Shown here: positions 61,898 through 64,000 of the stretch, piece by piece
Layout: every line of letters starts with the position of its first letter
How positions within the stretch are numbered: the first letter of the stretch is position 1
From: Caldisphaera sp.
GTDB lineage: Archaea; Thermoproteota; Thermoprotei_A; Sulfolobales; Acidilobaceae
Reading direction: 5' to 3'
NCBI GenBank assembly: GCA_049971805.1
Contig: JBMFKU010000004.1
Coordinates: 1-64,000, forward strand
DNA length: 64,000 bases
Made by a program: the position numbers and the translations under genes
Notes under the pieces: model-generated
The model's input: the letters and a program-made list of their open reading frames with translations, nothing else
Told to the model about the DNA's origin: nothing
Databases searched by the model: none

Positions 61898-63301
61898 TTG
61901 GTGAGAAAGGTGACTTCTTATAGAGATCTTTCGGAAAGAATAGCAGATTGGGCTGTTAATTTATCATATGAAAAGCTACCCAAGGAGGTTATTGAGGAAA
62001 CCAAAAAAAGGATTTTAGATACATTTGGTGTAGCAATAGGCGCATTTTATGAGAAGCCTGTAAGCATAGCAAGATGGCTGGCAGAATCATCATCAAGTTC
62101 TAGAATAGCAGCAACTATTTGGGGAACAGATAGAACAGCACCTGCAGATCATGCAGATTTTGCTAATGGGTGCGCCAATAGATATTTTGATTTTATGGAT
62201 ACCTATTTATCAAAAGAAGCATTACATCCAAGTGATAATATACCAGCTATCATAGCTGCCGCTGAGATAGCTAAGGCTGATGGGAAAAAAGTGATTGAAG
62301 GTATTGTTGCAGCATACGAAGTTACTGCTAGATTGGCAGATGCTTATAGCGTAAGAAGTAAAGGATGGGATCATGTGGTATATATAGCAATAGCTTCTGC
62401 TGTTGGTGCAGGAAAGGTTCTTGGGTTAAATAAAGAAGGGATTTTACAAGCAATAAATTTAGCAACAGTTAATGCAACTGCTTTAAGGCAGACAAGGGCT
62501 GGAGAGCTTAGCATGTGGAAAGGATGTGCAGCAGCAAACTCGTCTAGAAATGGTCTGTTTGCAGCTATCCTGGCCATGCAGGGTATGAAGGGTCCCTCAC
62601 CTATCTTTTCTGGAGAATTTGGATTCTTTAGAGTTGCTCTAAATGGAGACAAGTTTGATATACCAAAAATGGGTGGAGAAAATGGAGAGCCATTTAAAAT
62701 TTTAGAGACGAGTATAAAATATTGGCCTGTTGAATATCATGCTATGAGCGCTGTTGATGCAGCACTTAAAATAAAGGAAAAAGCTGGAAGCTTGACACCA
62801 AAGGACATTAAGAAAGTTGATGTAAAGACTTTCCAAGTTTCATATAATATAATTGTAAAGGATCCAGAAAAATGGGATCCGAAGACAAGAGAGACTGCAG
62901 ATCATAGCCTACCATATATAATAGCTGTTGCACTTTTAGATGGGAATGTATGGTTAACAACATTTCATGAAGAAAGATACTTAGCTAAAGATGTTAGAGA
63001 AGTACTTTCAAAGATGAAAGTAGAGGTAGATCCCGAGCATGATAAATTCTATCCTACTGGGATTAAGAATACAATAAAGGTTGAGTTAAGCGATGGAAGA
63101 GTATTCGAAGAAAGCAGTACATACCCACCAGGTCATTTTAAAAATCCATTAAGCAGGGAAGGTGTTGTTAATAAATTCAAGAAGGTTACTGAAGGCAAGC
63201 TGTATGAAAATAATGTAAATAAGCTAATAGATATTGTATGGAATCTAGAAAATTGTATGAATATAAGTAAAGCTTTGGGTCTACTCAAAATTAAATCGTA
63301 A
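61898..63301 (+). CDS. prpD: MmgE/PrpD family (2-methylcitrate dehydratase-like)
   Basis: RYFDFMDTY, HPSDN, GWDH, LSMWKG, RETADHSLPY, GHFKNP. Confidence 0.88.
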   Translation: MVRKVTSYRDLSERIADWAVNLSYEKLPKEVIEETKKRILDTFGVAIGAFYEKPVSIARWLAESSSSSRIAATIWGTDRTAPADHADFANGCANRYFDFMDTYLSKEALHPSDNIPAIIAAAEIAKADGKKVIEGIVAAYEVTARLADAYSVRSKGWDHVVYIAIASAVGAGKVLGLNKEGILQAINLATVNATALRQTRAGELSMWKGCAAANSSRNGLFAAILAMQGMKGPSPIFSGEFGFFRVALNGDKFDIPKMGGENGEPFKILETSIKYWPVEYHAMSAVDAALKIKEKAGSLTPKDIKKVDVKTFQVSYNIIVKDPEKWDPKTRETADHSLPYIIAVALLDGNVWLTTFHEERYLAKDVREVLSKMKVEVDPEHDKFYPTGIKNTIKVELSDGRVFEESSTYPPGHFKNPLSREGVVNKFKKVTEGKLYENNVNKLIDIVWNLENCMNISKALGLLKIKS

Positions 63302-63523
63302 TAAATATTATTGTTTTTATTTTAATAGCTTTTTATATCAAAAATTTTTCTAGCAAAATGTAAAATCTTGTTTTTAATTATATAAAAAAGAATTATAAGA
63401 ATTAAGTAACTTAAATATTTATAGAGAGGATTTCTGATTACTTTTTTAAATGAAAGGTTGTTATTTAATGGATGAAAACTTCCTATTTAAAGATAATTTG
63501 TTCTTTATGAAATAGAAATTAGA

Positions 63524-64000
63524 TTATTTACCTTTCTTACCTTGTTTTTTACCTCCTTTTGTAACTGTAGTTTCTATAGGTTTTGGTTTTAGTAAAAACC
63601 CTCCTCCAAGAACTCCTATTACAATACCTAATATAAATAATCCTATAGAGACTTCGCCGTTTTTATGCAGTCTGGTGGAATATTGACCTAATTGATAGCT
63701 AGTTTCATTATATCTAACCTGCCAATAACTTACTAGACCTTGTAATTCCCCTAGCCTAGTTGTTAAGTTATTAATAGTATTGTTTAGTGATGTAATCTTG
63801 CTTATATATGAGTTTATGTTGCTTTGATAATTTATAAGGTTTGTGATATTTTGATATATATTAGGATCTATTTGAGATACAATATCTAATGAATTTGTTA
63901 GACTAATAAGTTCTGGATTAAATGGTATTCCGTATAAATTAAAGGCAAGGCTGTATTGGTTTGGTTTGTTCAATGTAATATTTTGTATATCAACAATTAA
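63524..64000 (-). CDS. C-terminal part of a membrane-anchored coiled-coil surface protein (partial)
   Basis: Frame is open to the window edge; Asn/Ser/Thr-rich coiled coil, C-terminal TM and basic tail. Confidence 0.7.
   Translation of the reverse strand, partial: LIVDIQNITLNKPNQYSLAFNLYGIPFNPELISLTNSLDIVSQIDPNIYQNITNLINYQSNINSYISKITSLNNTINNLTTRLGELQGLVSYWQVRYNETSYQLGQYSTRLHKNGEVSIGLFILGIVIGVLGGGFLLKPKPIETTVTKGGKKQGKKGK

Overview
AT-rich archaeal chromosomal window with a Thermoproteota/crenarchaeal gene set (Elf1, CdvB/CdvC, crenarchaeal SSB, TiaS), consistent with an Acidilobales/Desulfurococcales-type organism. Most of it is housekeeping: the rpl7ae-rps13-rps4-rps11-rpoD-rpl18e-rpl13-rps9-rpoN-rps2 cluster, a four-subunit 2-oxoacid:ferredoxin oxidoreductase operon, a MoxR AAA+/VWA pair, secE-spt5, proteasome beta, priL, tRNA-modification genes, a sugar ABC transporter and four tRNAs (Ile2-CAU, iMet, Ala-CGC, Gly-GCC). 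The main structures the ORF track does not explain are: (1) a probable replication origin at 9.2-9.5 kb, with four ORB boxes around an AT-rich unwinding element and no cdc6 nearby; (2) a 262-bp non-autonomous IS607-like element retaining the tnpB 3' end (omega-RNA region), inserted cleanly into a flavoprotein pseudogene, with a second decayed copy near 50 kb and an IS607 tnpA start at the window's left edge; (3) several further decayed IS200/IS605/IS607-type end sequences in intergenic gaps; (4) three frameshifted genes; (5) a tRNA-Gly with C in place of U33. Family assignments come from motif recognition and memory only. No searches were run.
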